Below are positions 18,701 through 26,820 of a stretch of DNA of 64,000 nt, piece after piece. Within the stretch, counting starts at the first letter, position 1; each line of letters begins with the position of its first letter. Under the pieces are notes generated by a model, which searched no databases, was not told where the DNA came from, and saw only the letters and a list, made by a program, of their open reading frames with translations. Location of the stretch: positions 256,001-320,000 of the forward strand of contig CBDCWI010000001.1 in assembly GCA_965223325.1 (NCBI GenBank), in the 5' to 3' direction. The position numbers and the translations under genes are program-made. The DNA comes from Candidatus Multivoradales bacterium (GTDB taxonomy: Bacteria > Acidobacteriota > Thermoanaerobaculia > Multivoradales > Multivoraceae).

Positions 18701-21700
18701 ATCGGTCGTCTGGCTGTCAGCAAGAACGCCATCGTCGCCATGGTCACCGTTGCCGTTTGGGTCGCTCCAGAGTTCGACGGTCGTATACGGGATGCCAGGC
18801 TCGCCGGCCTCCTGGACACCGTTGCTCGCGGTTCCGCCGCCATTGCCGTTGTCGGCAAAGACCGTGTCGCCGATCGTGCCCGCCGGGTCGATCCCCACCG
18901 TCGCCGTGTCGGTGGCGGTATTGACCGGGTCGCCGTTGAGGAAGTGGCCACCTGTCGAGGTTGCGGTGTTGGTCGTCGATGCGGAGTCGGGCTCGCCATC
19001 ACTGTCGGCGTCAGGAGGCTGCAGGGCCCTGAACGTCACATTGAGGAGCTTCGACTGACCGCCTGACACCGGCCCGACATCACTCCAGGAGAGCGTGCCG
19101 GTGTTGGCGTAGGGCGTCGCCCCGTAGGTCACACTGGTCGGATCCATATCTGCGGAGACGAACTCGAGAAGATCAGCATCGAACACGTCGCTAAGCGGCA
19201 GCGGACTCATGGTGTCGGCGCCGGCTCCGCTACAGGTATCCGCGGTGACTCGAAAGCCGATCGCGTCGACAAACAGCAGCGCTGCGTCGGAACTCTGGCG
19301 CTTCTTGGTGTCGATGCGAACAAAGAAGGCCGGATCAGGAAAAGTCGACCAGGACCAGGTGCGCCCCGAGGTGACGTCGAGGGCGATCGTGCCCGCGTTG
19401 GCGATCGGCGCATAGGTGTTGAGCTGGGCCGTGTCCACCGTGTTGACTACTTCGGTGGCACTGGCATCCGGGTACACGACTTCGATGAAGTCATCGACCA
19501 GCGCCTGATCGAGGTAGAGCGGCAGCAGCAGTTCGACCTTCTGGATGGTTCCCGACTGCGACCCGAAGTCGAAGTCGAGCACGCCGTAGTCGGGGTTGGC
19601 GAGTCCAAAGGACGCAGACGTGAACGTACCGTTGGGCCCGTGGATGTCGTCGACTCCGTTGCTCTGGTTGGCCCAGCCGGACGTCACGGACGTGTCTAGG
19701 GTGGTTGTCCACGCCGTCAGTTGGCAGCCACCCACCGGTCCGCGAGTGTTCTGAAGATCGATCGAGTAGCTCACCAGCTGACCTTCGAGGGCCGGATCGG
19801 GGGTGGTGAGCGTCTTGGTGACGATCAGACTCGGCAGGTAGCCGAAGTCGGCATCGTTCCAGGGGCTTGCCAGGGCTCCGCCGAGGTCGGTTGCGACGGC
19901 GATCTCATCGGTGGTCGCGGTGTAGCCAAACGGAAAGTCGGGATCGCTCCGATCGACCCTGATCAGGAAATCGCCATCGGGCAGGCTGGCAAACGAGTAC
20001 GCGCCGAGCGAGTCGGTCGCCGTGGTACGCACCAGAATGTCACCGGAATCCATCGCACCATCGCCGTTCTTGTCCCAGTACAACTCAACATCGACGTTGG
20101 CGATGCCGGGCTCACCGGCGTCCTTCGTCGCGTCCTGGTCGTCATCACGCCAGACCGTGTCGCCGACCGTGTTGGTTCCCAGAACGAGCGTCACCGCACT
20201 GTCTTCGAGAAACGCCGGCGCGCCGCCAAACGATGTGCCACCCGTGTTCTCGACGAACGGTGGCCCGCTGAATGGCGAGTCCACGGTGACGTCAAAGGAC
20301 CCAGTCACCGTGCCGGTGCTCGGTAGTGCATCCGAGAGCCACCACTGAATGTCGGTTACGCCGCTGGCCGGAACCGGCTCGGTCGTCGCCCAGCTCTGAC
20401 CACCGTCGGTTGAGAAAAGGATGCTGGCCGCCGTCGACGGGCTGTAGCCGAGGGTTGTCGATGCGCTGCCCGCGACGTAGGACGCGTTGGACGGAATTGT
20501 GTCGACGAGCACGATCGGCATGCCGAGATCGGGTCGACCCAGGTCCTGCGCGCCTGTGTTGGTGACCATCAGGTCGTAGGAGAGGGTGCCACCGGCGGCG
20601 ATCTCGGCCAGGTCGACGGCTTTGCTGAATGTCGCCTCGGCAGGAGTTGTTCCAATGACCGGCAGGCCAACGCCATAGTCGCCCGAGAACTTCTCGGTGT
20701 TCGACCCGGAGGCCGACTCCTGGTACGGAGACAGCGAAACCGAGCAGTCGCCGCGCAGGGCGAGGTACTGGTAGTGAACCTCGCCGGTCACGCCGTTGTT
20801 GTCGGGCGGAAGGTGCGTGAAGTAGAGCTCGTCCTCGAAGTTGATGATCTGATCCGGGTTGCCTCCGGAGCGGCTGATCGTCAGCGTGCCCCACGTCTTG
20901 ATGAGGCGAAGACAGGTCGGGTCAAAGCTCGGGTCGCCAACCGGCTGCAGCCAGGCGTTGTAGTCGAACAAGAGGTCGCCATCGTTGTCGAAGCCTTTGT
21001 TGACGATTCCGAGGTCGTAGTTCACGCCGTTCGAAGTCACCGTTTCGCCTGGTTCGACGGTGTCCAGGTTGGTGTTGAACCAGGTGCCGCCACTGGGGAA
21101 GATCTTGTTGGCGTTGGCCGAGATCTCGCTACGCATCGTCCCAGTCGCCGTTTCTGTGTCAGAAGGACCCTCGGCTGACACCGCCCAGATGTCGTACTCG
21201 AGCCACAGATCGTCGGCGGTGACGTTGGAGACTCCAAAGACTGGCGCGCCTGTGTTGTTGGGGTTGCCGCGCCGGGGATAGGTCAGATGCCAGTACTGGC
21301 GCGCACATTCGCCGGGGGCGAGGGTGCCGACCCAACGAGTCGCATCGACCACATCACCAATGTGCGTAAAGGAGTACAACCCGGTGTGAGCGAGCTGCGG
21401 GTGTTCGGCCACGAAACCAGCCGTCGCACTGTCGCGCACCGGGTAGGTACCCGGAGTGTTGGCCGCCTGGTCTCCGATCTTCATCTGCACCCCGGAGAGG
21501 GCTGCGTCACCGATGTTGCAGGCGCGTCCTGAGATCGTGGCGATCTCGGGCGCGAACGTCGAAGGAGAGGTGACGTTCGAATCGACCACGAAGTTCGGCC
21601 CGGCGCTGATCGTCACCTCGAGCTGGCCCGCCGCATGAGCGGTCCCGGCTACGCCGACCAGCAGAAGGTGGACGACCAGGAGCGAGAGCATCCAGGGCCA

Positions 21701-21898
21701 TCTGGTGGCGGCTGCGTGAGAGTGCGTGCGACCCTTGGGGGCACGAAGAAGATTGGGCAAGAGCTGGGGCCTTTGCGGCAGATGAAAAGACAGCACGCGA
21801 CCGACGAACGAAAGAGTTCGTCGGCAAGGTGACCCCGATATTGTATCGCAAATCTTCGATAAGACGAAAATCTCTCTTTTGCAGAATTTCACCAGCAA
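9722..21898 (-). CDS. Giant (~4000 aa) surface protein: about 17 SdrD B-like repeats, 3 DUF11-like domains, peptidase C25 (gingipain-like) domain, LFADDFESG tail
   Basis: Repeated IGDxVWxDxDxDG...GEPG...TDAxGxYxF...DFGY units; DUF11-like xxxKT...YxxxVTNTG; C25 motifs YLVIAP, YAVLVG, VGRIPV, NYIGHGG, SLTCSVG, NLIGDPAL; signal peptide ending AHA. True start probably near 21760-21796 because a TACAAT -10 lies at 21840-21845. Confidence 0.92.
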   Translation of the reverse strand: MLVKFCKREIFVLSKICDTISGSPCRRTLSFVGRVLSFHLPQRPQLLPNLLRAPKGRTHSHAAATRWPWMLSLLVVHLLLVGVAGTAHAAGQLEVTISAGPNFVVDSNVTSPSTFAPEIATISGRACNIGDAALSGVQMKIGDQAANTPGTYPVRDSATAGFVAEHPQLAHTGLYSFTHIGDVVDATRWVGTLAPGECARQYWHLTYPRRGNPNNTGAPVFGVSNVTADDLWLEYDIWAVSAEGPSDTETATGTMRSEISANANKIFPSGGTWFNTNLDTVEPGETVTSNGVNYDLGIVNKGFDNDGDLLFDYNAWLQPVGDPSFDPTCLRLIKTWGTLTISRSGGNPDQIINFEDELYFTHLPPDNNGVTGEVHYQYLALRGDCSVSLSPYQESASGSNTEKFSGDYGVGLPVIGTTPAEATFSKAVDLAEIAAGGTLSYDLMVTNTGAQDLGRPDLGMPIVLVDTIPSNASYVAGSASTTLGYSPSTAASILFSTDGGQSWATTEPVPASGVTDIQWWLSDALPSTGTVTGSFDVTVDSPFSGPPFVENTGGTSFGGAPAFLEDSAVTLVLGTNTVGDTVWRDDDQDATKDAGEPGIANVDVELYWDKNGDGAMDSGDILVRTTATDSLGAYSFASLPDGDFLIRVDRSDPDFPFGYTATTDEIAVATDLGGALASPWNDADFGYLPSLIVTKTLTTPDPALEGQLVSYSIDLQNTRGPVGGCQLTAWTTTLDTSVTSGWANQSNGVDDIHGPNGTFTSASFGLANPDYGVLDFDFGSQSGTIQKVELLLPLYLDQALVDDFIEVVYPDASATEVVNTVDTAQLNTYAPIANAGTIALDVTSGRTWSWSTFPDPAFFVRIDTKKRQSSDAALLFVDAIGFRVTADTCSGAGADTMSPLPLSDVFDADLLEFVSADMDPTSVTYGATPYANTGTLSWSDVGPVSGGQSKLLNVTFRALQPPDADSDGEPDSASTTNTATSTGGHFLNGDPVNTATDTATVGIDPAGTIGDTVFADNGNGGGTASNGVQEAGEPGIPYTTVELWSDPNGNGDHGDDGVLADSQTTDATGTYLFTAVTDGNWVVVVIPPSLPGATWTATGDPDEAGVCTVCNDRGSAVINSHNGSTANDDDLSLDFGYIIPNTIFGSLWNDHDGDAVQDDGENGIGGVTIQVQDCGVDAICGNGDDGATRFTTTGADGSWTQSDLPDGNYQAVVDTTTLPAGGTWTQTVDTDVTLDDRTTATQTLAGGALSGHHDFAYTQSGNSTLGDTVFVDWNANGTEEVAEEGIGSVTVWLYEDQDGDGAVNHATDALVATTVTAADGSYSFSNLPAGNWIVVVDLADPDLPAGAILTADPDQPGLCSACDSRASAITDGTASVTTLDFGYQPTGTARIGDTVFADDDGDGVLDPTEIGLENIRVVLFEDTNANGVIDASDAVVRVASTDASGHYEFSGLAAGRYLVDVDELDSDLPNDGNGNRYTLTTQNDEELVVLTTGETRTDLDFGFAPGGSIGNGVWRDDDRDSLQDAEEPGVPNATVNLYVDVNQNGVYDAGTDTLYTSAVTDALGQYEFVSLPSDYYVVVLDLTDPDLPSSTVTGDPDESGPCIVCDGEFGFFLPPTNIVKYADIGVMAPGVIGDTVWLDANSDGVYDPVTENGLYFVQVDLLDNLGAVIDTTNTDADGHYAFADLADGNYTVRVMTGTLPPNVVLGYDPDEGNNCTVCDHRGAVTIASGNVDNTIDFGYRVGAATNLTIQKTSSAGGGPVNPGAAINYTIVVTNTGTAPATQIAVSDPIPAGASFVPPSSVTAPVSVVSDYRDDFTATYPAAYNGSDGAIDWTPQAWAEISDDGVTTTGDVTIATDLGDLSMRIARAGNGAQRAFDLTGAASAEISLEYRRINFSAASDFVNLDVSYDNGASWTTLGSFGGAGTDAAYVARSYTLPPASYNDGNPADNLLRLLSSGLKSNGSEYLWADAIKVETTTRQLQTVAGNSPPLVVAVSDGYTLLGGESMTINLSVQVDNPPAAGLSQILNQAGAVSLETINPVFDLAIDKLASGGALGDRVWLDADGDGVQDIGEPGLANVTVELWDAGADNAVGGGDDTLVATAQTDLEGAYLFSALGPGVYFVAVDDTTRPSGLSLSGTVTDPSTTRTVIANEEARDLDFGYAPTDTTAATIGDRVWSDGDGDGIQDPGEVGIRGVTIHLNNASGTTVSSTTTAADGSYLFTGVTPGDYTVAVAAADLASGGVLDGYSATVGAQSIGGSTSPPLSVNPSTVYLQADFGFSSASTYEIRDRVWFDANANGLVDVGESGIPDVSINLLDDQGRVVATVASASDGSFSFDGVATGSYTIQMSDNYLELLGLTGTTAAGLAFEKGVLLASADLAASSFGYNVPGAVGDRLFSDADGDGVHDPGEPGISGATVTLWTDVDGNGVLDTTVDTLHATTLTDASGWYRFEGLAGGTWFASVDGSQAALAAYTATTSDQETGPNAAGVQIEAVLISSAAGYLDADFGFRNNALADISGNVFNDLDLDGIDDGAAEPGFAAVTLDLHDSGGVVIASVITDASGDYTFYDLPAGTYSVRVTDEAGALRDAVLTSGFDELPIVLSSSNVTGVDFGYNRTEEAGAIGDRVWFDADRDGILDSSESGLPLVTLELYEDDGDGLYDAGDTLVASVETDINGRYRFDGLTAGTYFVDPDESTLASGFAATTGTGAVSGAIALSEAEFYDRADFGYAPSTGSSIGDTVFFDRDGDGFQDPGEAGIAGVKVTITGPGGYSTVVTTGADGRYLATGVTTTGGYTAAVDTTTLPAGFDPQPTIYPSATISFGVTAGTDWLFADFGFRELVAGSTAATVGDLVFVDLDGNGSFDGSDFGLEDVTVDLLNDSGVVIASSVTDASGNYDFSGILAGDYQVAVSDAAGALWGLNLTAGSDPTATITLAAGDDYNLADFGYAPSGGSGAIGDLVWHDKNDDGDLDADESGIEGVTLRLWHDTNANGVLDVGIDNLLRSAVTNSNGGYFFLGLPAPASYLVELTDVVSVLESLARTTGAVNVNDNSQQNPHPVTLTSSRAPTSLVSDFGYSVSGTSYAISGVTYFDNDGDATLEPPLERGIGGNAVFLFRDLDGDGVLDASDPLFGSTTSAADGSYTFAGLPANSDWIIAVDTTGTFLAGSQQTTQTGTAAVQPVAIAAANVPNQHFGFTRPATEVLLTRFEARLQSGGAVVEWETASENGTLGFDLYRAAPDGSWVRVNEHLIVADPSAYAGASYAVLDGAADPAVVSTYLLEEIEVGSRVKSYGPFRVTASGAVSRFLDDDVLVTPHGATALDAQRLAERRAAGLARRVSLERSAGGASGLLLETDEVGLYRVPAAQLASFFDLTLDEVRARLANGSFRLRNQYAGHRRRNGVGWFSRGDALFFWAEAAGSMSAWNAYALDLAPGSVGTVLPGGRATSGQARWVSTRTRVEQNVFAATAAARDPYSEFWFQAVLVGSHPAAGSRTVEIGAPGLSAAAHTAEVTLALFAATESLADTDHHLTLYANGQHAGSVSFDGRGRHEVRFSLPSRHLEPGTNTLELVATRPDGVPSSIFYLDSVELRYLSVPTVGAEGLLFTTVSVEPTVLDGFVDQNIVVADVTEPDLPRLIEMEVQAGTSAPFAVHFVPEQSGHLIFAAQAAAVAEPRYRAMAGAELTDPDDGGAEYLVIAPESLVAGAEDLAEMKRSTGLSARVVTLESIFDGFALGTPEPDALRRFLGHAWSTWRTPPRYAVLVGKGSFDYRDHRGLGTNLVPPLLIETPNGLYASDMVLGDVDGDDAVPEVVVGRIPVLTNEELGLYLDKLAAAHAGASGADRVLLLADDGDQAGDFAADSDRIWAEVPQSLSSERVYLDQIGADAARAAVRERLDDGLLWLNYIGHGGLDRLTAEGVLTTADVASLAGRGRLPVVTSLTCSVGRFEFPGLTALSEALVVVPDRGALAVWGPSGLSVNSAAVDLDASLTEYLFDPASESLGAAIRRALEAFPHESSIPHLPRIYNLIGDPALPLDAFQGGEVPDLPVLFADDFESGGVEAWSLVR

Positions 21899-21967
21899 GC
21901 GGGCTCAATCCAAGCCCACCCTTCCCCACCTCCCTCAGGGGCTGGTCCAACCTGTGCTCTCAGAAGC

Positions 21968-21990
21968 TCGAGCCCCAGAAAGGGGCTCGA
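21968..21990 (-). terminator. GC-rich hairpin downstream of the acyl-CoA synthetase gene
   Basis: TCGAGCCCC-AGAAA-GGGGCTCGA perfect 9-bp stem 12 nt after the stop; weak U tract. Confidence 0.5.
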
Positions 21991-22002
21991 CGTGGGGTCT
22001 CT

Positions 22003-23613
22003 CTAGCCGAACTTCCCCTTCTCCCACATCTCGCGCAAGGCGAACTTCTGGATCTTCCCCGAACCGGTGAGCGGGAACTCATCGACGTGGTACCAGAGCT
22101 TTGGCGTCTTGGTGGGCGCCAGGGTCTGCCTCAGGTGATCGTGCAGTTCGAGGTCCTGGGCCGGGTTGTCGGGATCGGCGTCGCGAATGAAGGCGGCGAC
22201 GTTCTCCCCCCACTTCGGGTCGGGTAGACCAACGACCGCGACCTCGGCGACCTGAGGATGCTCGAAAAGGACCTCTTCGATTTCGCGCGGATAGATGTTC
22301 TCTCCGCCACGGATGATCATGTCTTTGAGCCGACCGGTGATGGTCGTATAGCCGCGCTCATCCATGGTGACCAGATCACCCGTATGAAGCCAGCCGTCCT
22401 TGTCGATTGCCTCGCGTGTCTTCTCCGGCATGTCGAAGTACTCGAGCATCACCAGGTAGCCGCGGGTGCAGAGCTCACCCTGGGTGCCCACCGGCACGAT
22501 CTCACCGCTGTCTGGATCGATGACCTTGATCTCGGTTTGCGGCAGCGCCGGCCCGAGAGTGTTGGCTTTATCTTCGGGGGTGTCTTTGGGTCTGGCCAGA
22601 GTGATCGCTGGCGAAGACTCGGTCTGACCGTAGACGATCGAGAAGTCGACGCCCAGCTCTGATTCGATGCGCCGCACCAGATCGGCGGGTACGGTCGAGC
22701 CTCCGGAGCAAACGTTTCGGACTCGGCTGAGATCGCGTTGTTTGAAAAGAGGGTGCTCCATGGCGGCGATCAGCATGGTCGGAACGCCGAGCATGTGGGT
22801 GCCCTTTTCGCTCTCGAGGAGCTCGAGCATCAGGCCCGGTTCGAACTGCACCATGCAGACGTGGGTTCCGCCCTTCTGCACCGGCGCCAGAGTTCCAATG
22901 ACGCAGCCCCCCGTATGAAAGAGCGGCATTGGATTGACGTAGACGTCGCCCTCGCGAACGTCGAAGCGCTCGGCGAACAAGCGCGCGTTGTTGGTGATGC
23001 CGCGGTGATGCAGGAAGGCACCTTTGGGGAAGCCGGTGGTTCCCGAGGTGTACTGGATCTGCACCGGGTCGTCGGGGGAGACGTCGGGCAGACCCTGGTC
23101 GCTGTCGGTCGAATCGAGAAACGCCTGCCAGTCGTCGAACGAGATCACCTCTCGAAGACTCGGCAGGTCTGGGCGGACCTGCTCGAGGGAGCGGCCCATC
23201 GGGTTGCCGCGGAACTCGGGCAGGTAGAAGATGCCCACCGAACCCGACTGCTCGAGCACGTAGTGCAGCTCTTTAGGCTGGTAGGCGGGATTCACCGTCA
23301 CCAGGACCACCCCGGCCAGGGCTGCGCCGAACTCGAGCACCACCCACTCGGGAATGTTGGGAGCCCACACCGCGACCCGCTCGCCCTTGGCAAAGCGGGC
23401 AGCCAACGCGCGGCCCGCGCGCTCGGCTTCGGCAAGCAGCTCCGCGTAGGTCCAGCGCCGTCGCTCCTCGTACTCGGGGATGCCCTCGACCAGCGCGACG
23501 CGGGCGGGCCATTTCGCCGCCGCTTCGTGCAGAACACTGCCGACGGTGGTTTCAAGAATCGGCGATGTCTCATCGGCCGGGACGAAACTGTACTCAGGAA
23601 GGGTCTTCGTCAT
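22003..23613 (-). CDS. AMP-binding fatty-acyl-CoA synthetase
   Basis: QYTSGTTGFPKG, YGQTE, GWLHTGD, GRLKDMIIRGGENIYPREIE, FPLTGSGKIQK. Confidence 0.95.
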   Translation of the reverse strand: MTKTLPEYSFVPADETSPILETTVGSVLHEAAAKWPARVALVEGIPEYEERRRWTYAELLAEAERAGRALAARFAKGERVAVWAPNIPEWVVLEFGAALAGVVLVTVNPAYQPKELHYVLEQSGSVGIFYLPEFRGNPMGRSLEQVRPDLPSLREVISFDDWQAFLDSTDSDQGLPDVSPDDPVQIQYTSGTTGFPKGAFLHHRGITNNARLFAERFDVREGDVYVNPMPLFHTGGCVIGTLAPVQKGGTHVCMVQFEPGLMLELLESEKGTHMLGVPTMLIAAMEHPLFKQRDLSRVRNVCSGGSTVPADLVRRIESELGVDFSIVYGQTESSPAITLARPKDTPEDKANTLGPALPQTEIKVIDPDSGEIVPVGTQGELCTRGYLVMLEYFDMPEKTREAIDKDGWLHTGDLVTMDERGYTTITGRLKDMIIRGGENIYPREIEEVLFEHPQVAEVAVVGLPDPKWGENVAAFIRDADPDNPAQDLELHDHLRQTLAPTKTPKLWYHVDEFPLTGSGKIQKFALREMWEKGKFG

Positions 23614-23687
23614 GGCATACCTGCCTGGAGTTGTGAAGAAGGTTCTCCGATGTTAGCGATCGCCGTTTGCAGGGGTCGGGCCCGACG

Positions 23688-24167
23688 TCACGCGCCCGGC
23701 CCTGACGACCCGGAGCTGGTGCGCCAGGCCGCTACCTCATCGAACCACCGCCGTGACCCCGGCCACAAGAGGAGGCCGAGGGTGAGACCCGTCAAGAGCG
23801 CCAGACCCAGCGCGGCAAGCGAGTAAGGACCCCGCACTGCGATCATGAGAAGTCGCAGGGCCAGATAGACAATCAAGACGCCGGCTGCCCAACGATGCCC
23901 CCGGCGCATCAGCCGCCGAGCAACGATGACGACCGGGATCAGCAGCAGGAAGAGAAGCGGGCTCCCGAAGCTCCCAGGAACGAGCGGCCCGTCACCGAGC
24001 ATCTGAAGCAACTCGAAGCGCTCACCGGAAACGCCGTCGATGAAGTGACCCATCTTCGCCCTCATCGTCCTCACGATCAGGAAGATCCGCGCGCCAATCA
24101 GAACGTAGACGAGGGCGAACGCCACCCGCAACGCGACGGGCGGCCGAGGTCTGGAGGGATCTTTCAT
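23688..24167 (-). CDS. Hypothetical membrane protein (about 4 TM helices)
   Basis: Four hydrophobic segments, ends in LLLWPGSRRWF; ATG 24167 chosen over upstream GTG 24197. Confidence 0.6.
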   Translation of the reverse strand: MKDPSRPRPPVALRVAFALVYVLIGARIFLIVRTMRAKMGHFIDGVSGERFELLQMLGDGPLVPGSFGSPLLFLLLIPVVIVARRLMRRGHRWAAGVLIVYLALRLLMIAVRGPYSLAALGLALLTGLTLGLLLWPGSRRWFDEVAAWRTSSGSSGPGA

Positions 24168-24304
24168 CGCCAGCGTTGGTACGGGTACCGCGGGCACCGG
24201 TTGCGAAGGGGCTCGGAAACAGAGCTCCCGAGCCCCCGACCTCCGGGCAAACGAGAGCGCCCCGCGTTCGCGTGGCGCTCGTGAGTTTGGCCTGGGTGTG
24301 GCGC

Positions 24305-24772
24305 CTACTTGAAGACCACCTGGCGCATGAGGTACTCACCGGTAATCGAACGAATCCCGGTGTATCCCTCGGTGTACTCGAAGGTCTCGTCCTCCGAGAT
24401 CTTCTTCTCGACCGCAGCGCGGAGCTTTAGAGCGACCGCCGGGTCGTTTCCCTTCTCGCGCTGCGCGAGACTGTCGAAGTTCACCACCAGAGTGACGTTG
24501 AACTCACCGCTTTCGGGCATCTCGCTGACGTAGATCGCGTGGCCACTGTTGAGACCGTGTTCCTGGGCAATCTTCGTTGCGGTGACCCAGGTCTGCTGCA
24601 GCCCAGCGAGATAGTGATCGATACGATTCGGCGACACCTTGACCGTCGTGACCGAGGCGACCGTGTCGCTCACCGTGTAGTCGCTGCCATAGGTCAACGC
24701 CTTCATCTGTGCCGACAGCGACCCCGCTCCCAACACACCCAACACCAAGAGGAAGAGGAAGAACTTCTTCAT
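24305..24772 (-). CDS. Secreted hypothetical protein
   Basis: Classical signal peptide MKKFFLFLLVLGVLGAGSLSA; strong SD AAGGAG. Confidence 0.8.
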   Translation of the reverse strand: MKKFFLFLLVLGVLGAGSLSAQMKALTYGSDYTVSDTVASVTTVKVSPNRIDHYLAGLQQTWVTATKIAQEHGLNSGHAIYVSEMPESGEFNVTLVVNFDSLAQREKGNDPAVALKLRAAVEKKISEDETFEYTEGYTGIRSITGEYLMRQVVFK

Positions 24773-25056
24773 ACTGACTCCTTCGCGTGACGATGTTCTT
24801 GCCGCCGAGGGCGGCGCGGATGCTTCTGGAAGCCGGATCTACGCAAGTGACGTGCCGGACAGAATTCACCGGTGACAGGGCGCCTGAAGAAAGGGCCACT
24901 ATCCGTTCGGATTGTCGAGCTATCTCGACGGATAGCTTCTCCGGGGGGCCAGAAGCTGCGACCGGCAATAGCCGACGGCCATCGAATAGGACACAGACTG
25001 CTGCCGTACCACTGGGCGATTCTCCACCCGCAGGCGAAAGAAGAGGAATTCGACTC

Positions 25057-26790
25057 ATGAGTACTCGCTCGACCGTTCCGGACGGCCGCTACCGGTTGTG
25101 GCCCGGCGTCGCCCTGGTTGCGATCCAGGTTCTCGTCTGGGTCGCGGCCCACGAGCTGGTTTCGGGAGACGCCACTCCCTTCGTCGCCGCAAGCGGCATC
25201 GGCGGCGGCCTCGCCGTCGCTCTGTGGTGGCTGTTCGCCAGCCGTGCGGCACGCCCAGAACGCTGGTGGATCGCCGCCCTCGTCGGCCTGGTCCTGGCCC
25301 TCACCTGGCTCCTCGCCCACCCTTCGATTCGAAGAGGCGCGATGGGCTTTCAGTTCTTCATCTACGCACTACCCGTCTTCTCGCTGGTCTTTGTCGGCTG
25401 GGCTGCCTTCTTGGGTCGGCTTCCAGCCTCCAAGCGTTGGGCGGCGCTCCTGGTTGCGCTCGGACTGGCGTCGGCTGGTCTCTCTTTGACCAAGAGCGCT
25501 GGAGTCACTAGCGATGGTGCCGCGATGTTGCGCTGGCGCTGGACGCCGACGGCTGAGGAGCGCCTCCTCGCCGGCGCTGGCAGCTCCGCGACCAAGTCGA
25601 CGACCGACTCTGCCGATCGCAGCGAGCGCGACGCTCAGACCTCGGCCGACTGGCCGGGCCTACGCGGACCGAACCGTGACGCCACCATTCGCCACATCCG
25701 CATCGAAACCGATTGGTCTCGAAGTCCACCGATGGAGCTATGGCGAAGGCCGATCGGACCGGGCTGGTCTTCGGTGGCGATCTCCGGCGAACTGCTCTAC
25801 ACCCAGGAGCAGCGAGGCGAAATGGAACTGGTCTCGTGCTACCGCGCGAGCACCGGTGAACCGATCTGGACACACAGCGATAAAGCCCGCTTCTGGCAAT
25901 CGGAGTCCGGTGCCGGGCCACTGGCGACACCGGCGCTCGCCGAAGGCCGCGTGTTCACCCTCGGCGCCACCGGCATCCTGAACGCCCTCGACGCCACCAG
26001 CGGAAGCCTCTTGTGGTCGCACAACGCCGCAGCCCAGAACGAGGCCGAGCTTCCCCACTGGGGTTTCTCGAGTTCTCCACTGGTCGTCGATGACCAGGTC
26101 ATCGTCCAGACCGGACGCCTGGTCGCCTATGACGCTGCCACCGGCGCCCGAAAGTGGTCCGGTCCAGAGCACAGCGGCAGCCACAGTTCACCGCAGCTGA
26201 TCAACATCGCGGGTACCGACCAGGTCGTCATGCTGGGCTCCGGAAGCGCCTTTGCCTTCGCGCCGGCTGACGGAACACTCCTCTGGGAACACTCGCTACC
26301 GGGTTCGAGCATCGCGCAGCCCGCCGCCCTCCGCGATGGAATCCTGCTCGGCAGGATCAACGCCGCCGCGCAAGCAACCGGGATCAGACGCCTGCGAATC
26401 ACCAACCACGCACCCGCGTGGCAGGTCGAAGAGCGCTGGACTTCGAACCAACTCAAAACCGCCTTCAGCGACTTCGTCGTCCACAACGGCTCAGTCTTCG
26501 GTTTCGACGGCCGGATTCTCACCTGCCTCGACCTCGAGACCGGCGAGCGGCGTTGGAAGGGCGGCCGCTACGGCTCCGGCCAGCTGCTCCTGTTCGCCGA
26601 CCAGGACCTCCTGCTCGTTTTGTCCGAGCAAGGGGAACTCGCCCTTGTATCGGCCACTCCGGATGGCTACCAGGAACTGGCGCGCTTCCCGACCCTGCGC
26701 GGGAAATCCTGGAGTCATCCAGCGAGCGCTGGACACCTGTTGGTGGTGCGCAACGACGAGGAGATGGTCGCCCTGCGCCTCCCGGGTTGA
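25057..26790 (+). CDS. Membrane-anchored PQQ-binding-like beta-propeller protein
   Basis: About five N-terminal TM helices, then DWPGLRGPNRD, W..PIGPGWSS, LNALDATSG.LLW, SSSPLV, CLDLETGERRW, W.HP; SD GAGG before ATG 25057. Confidence 0.88.
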   Translation: MSTRSTVPDGRYRLWPGVALVAIQVLVWVAAHELVSGDATPFVAASGIGGGLAVALWWLFASRAARPERWWIAALVGLVLALTWLLAHPSIRRGAMGFQFFIYALPVFSLVFVGWAAFLGRLPASKRWAALLVALGLASAGLSLTKSAGVTSDGAAMLRWRWTPTAEERLLAGAGSSATKSTTDSADRSERDAQTSADWPGLRGPNRDATIRHIRIETDWSRSPPMELWRRPIGPGWSSVAISGELLYTQEQRGEMELVSCYRASTGEPIWTHSDKARFWQSESGAGPLATPALAEGRVFTLGATGILNALDATSGSLLWSHNAAAQNEAELPHWGFSSSPLVVDDQVIVQTGRLVAYDAATGARKWSGPEHSGSHSSPQLINIAGTDQVVMLGSGSAFAFAPADGTLLWEHSLPGSSIAQPAALRDGILLGRINAAAQATGIRRLRITNHAPAWQVEERWTSNQLKTAFSDFVVHNGSVFGFDGRILTCLDLETGERRWKGGRYGSGQLLLFADQDLLLVLSEQGELALVSATPDGYQELARFPTLRGKSWSHPASAGHLLVVRNDEEMVALRLPG

Positions 26791-26820
26791 GCCACCGTCT
26801 CACGAAGGTAGGATTCTCCA

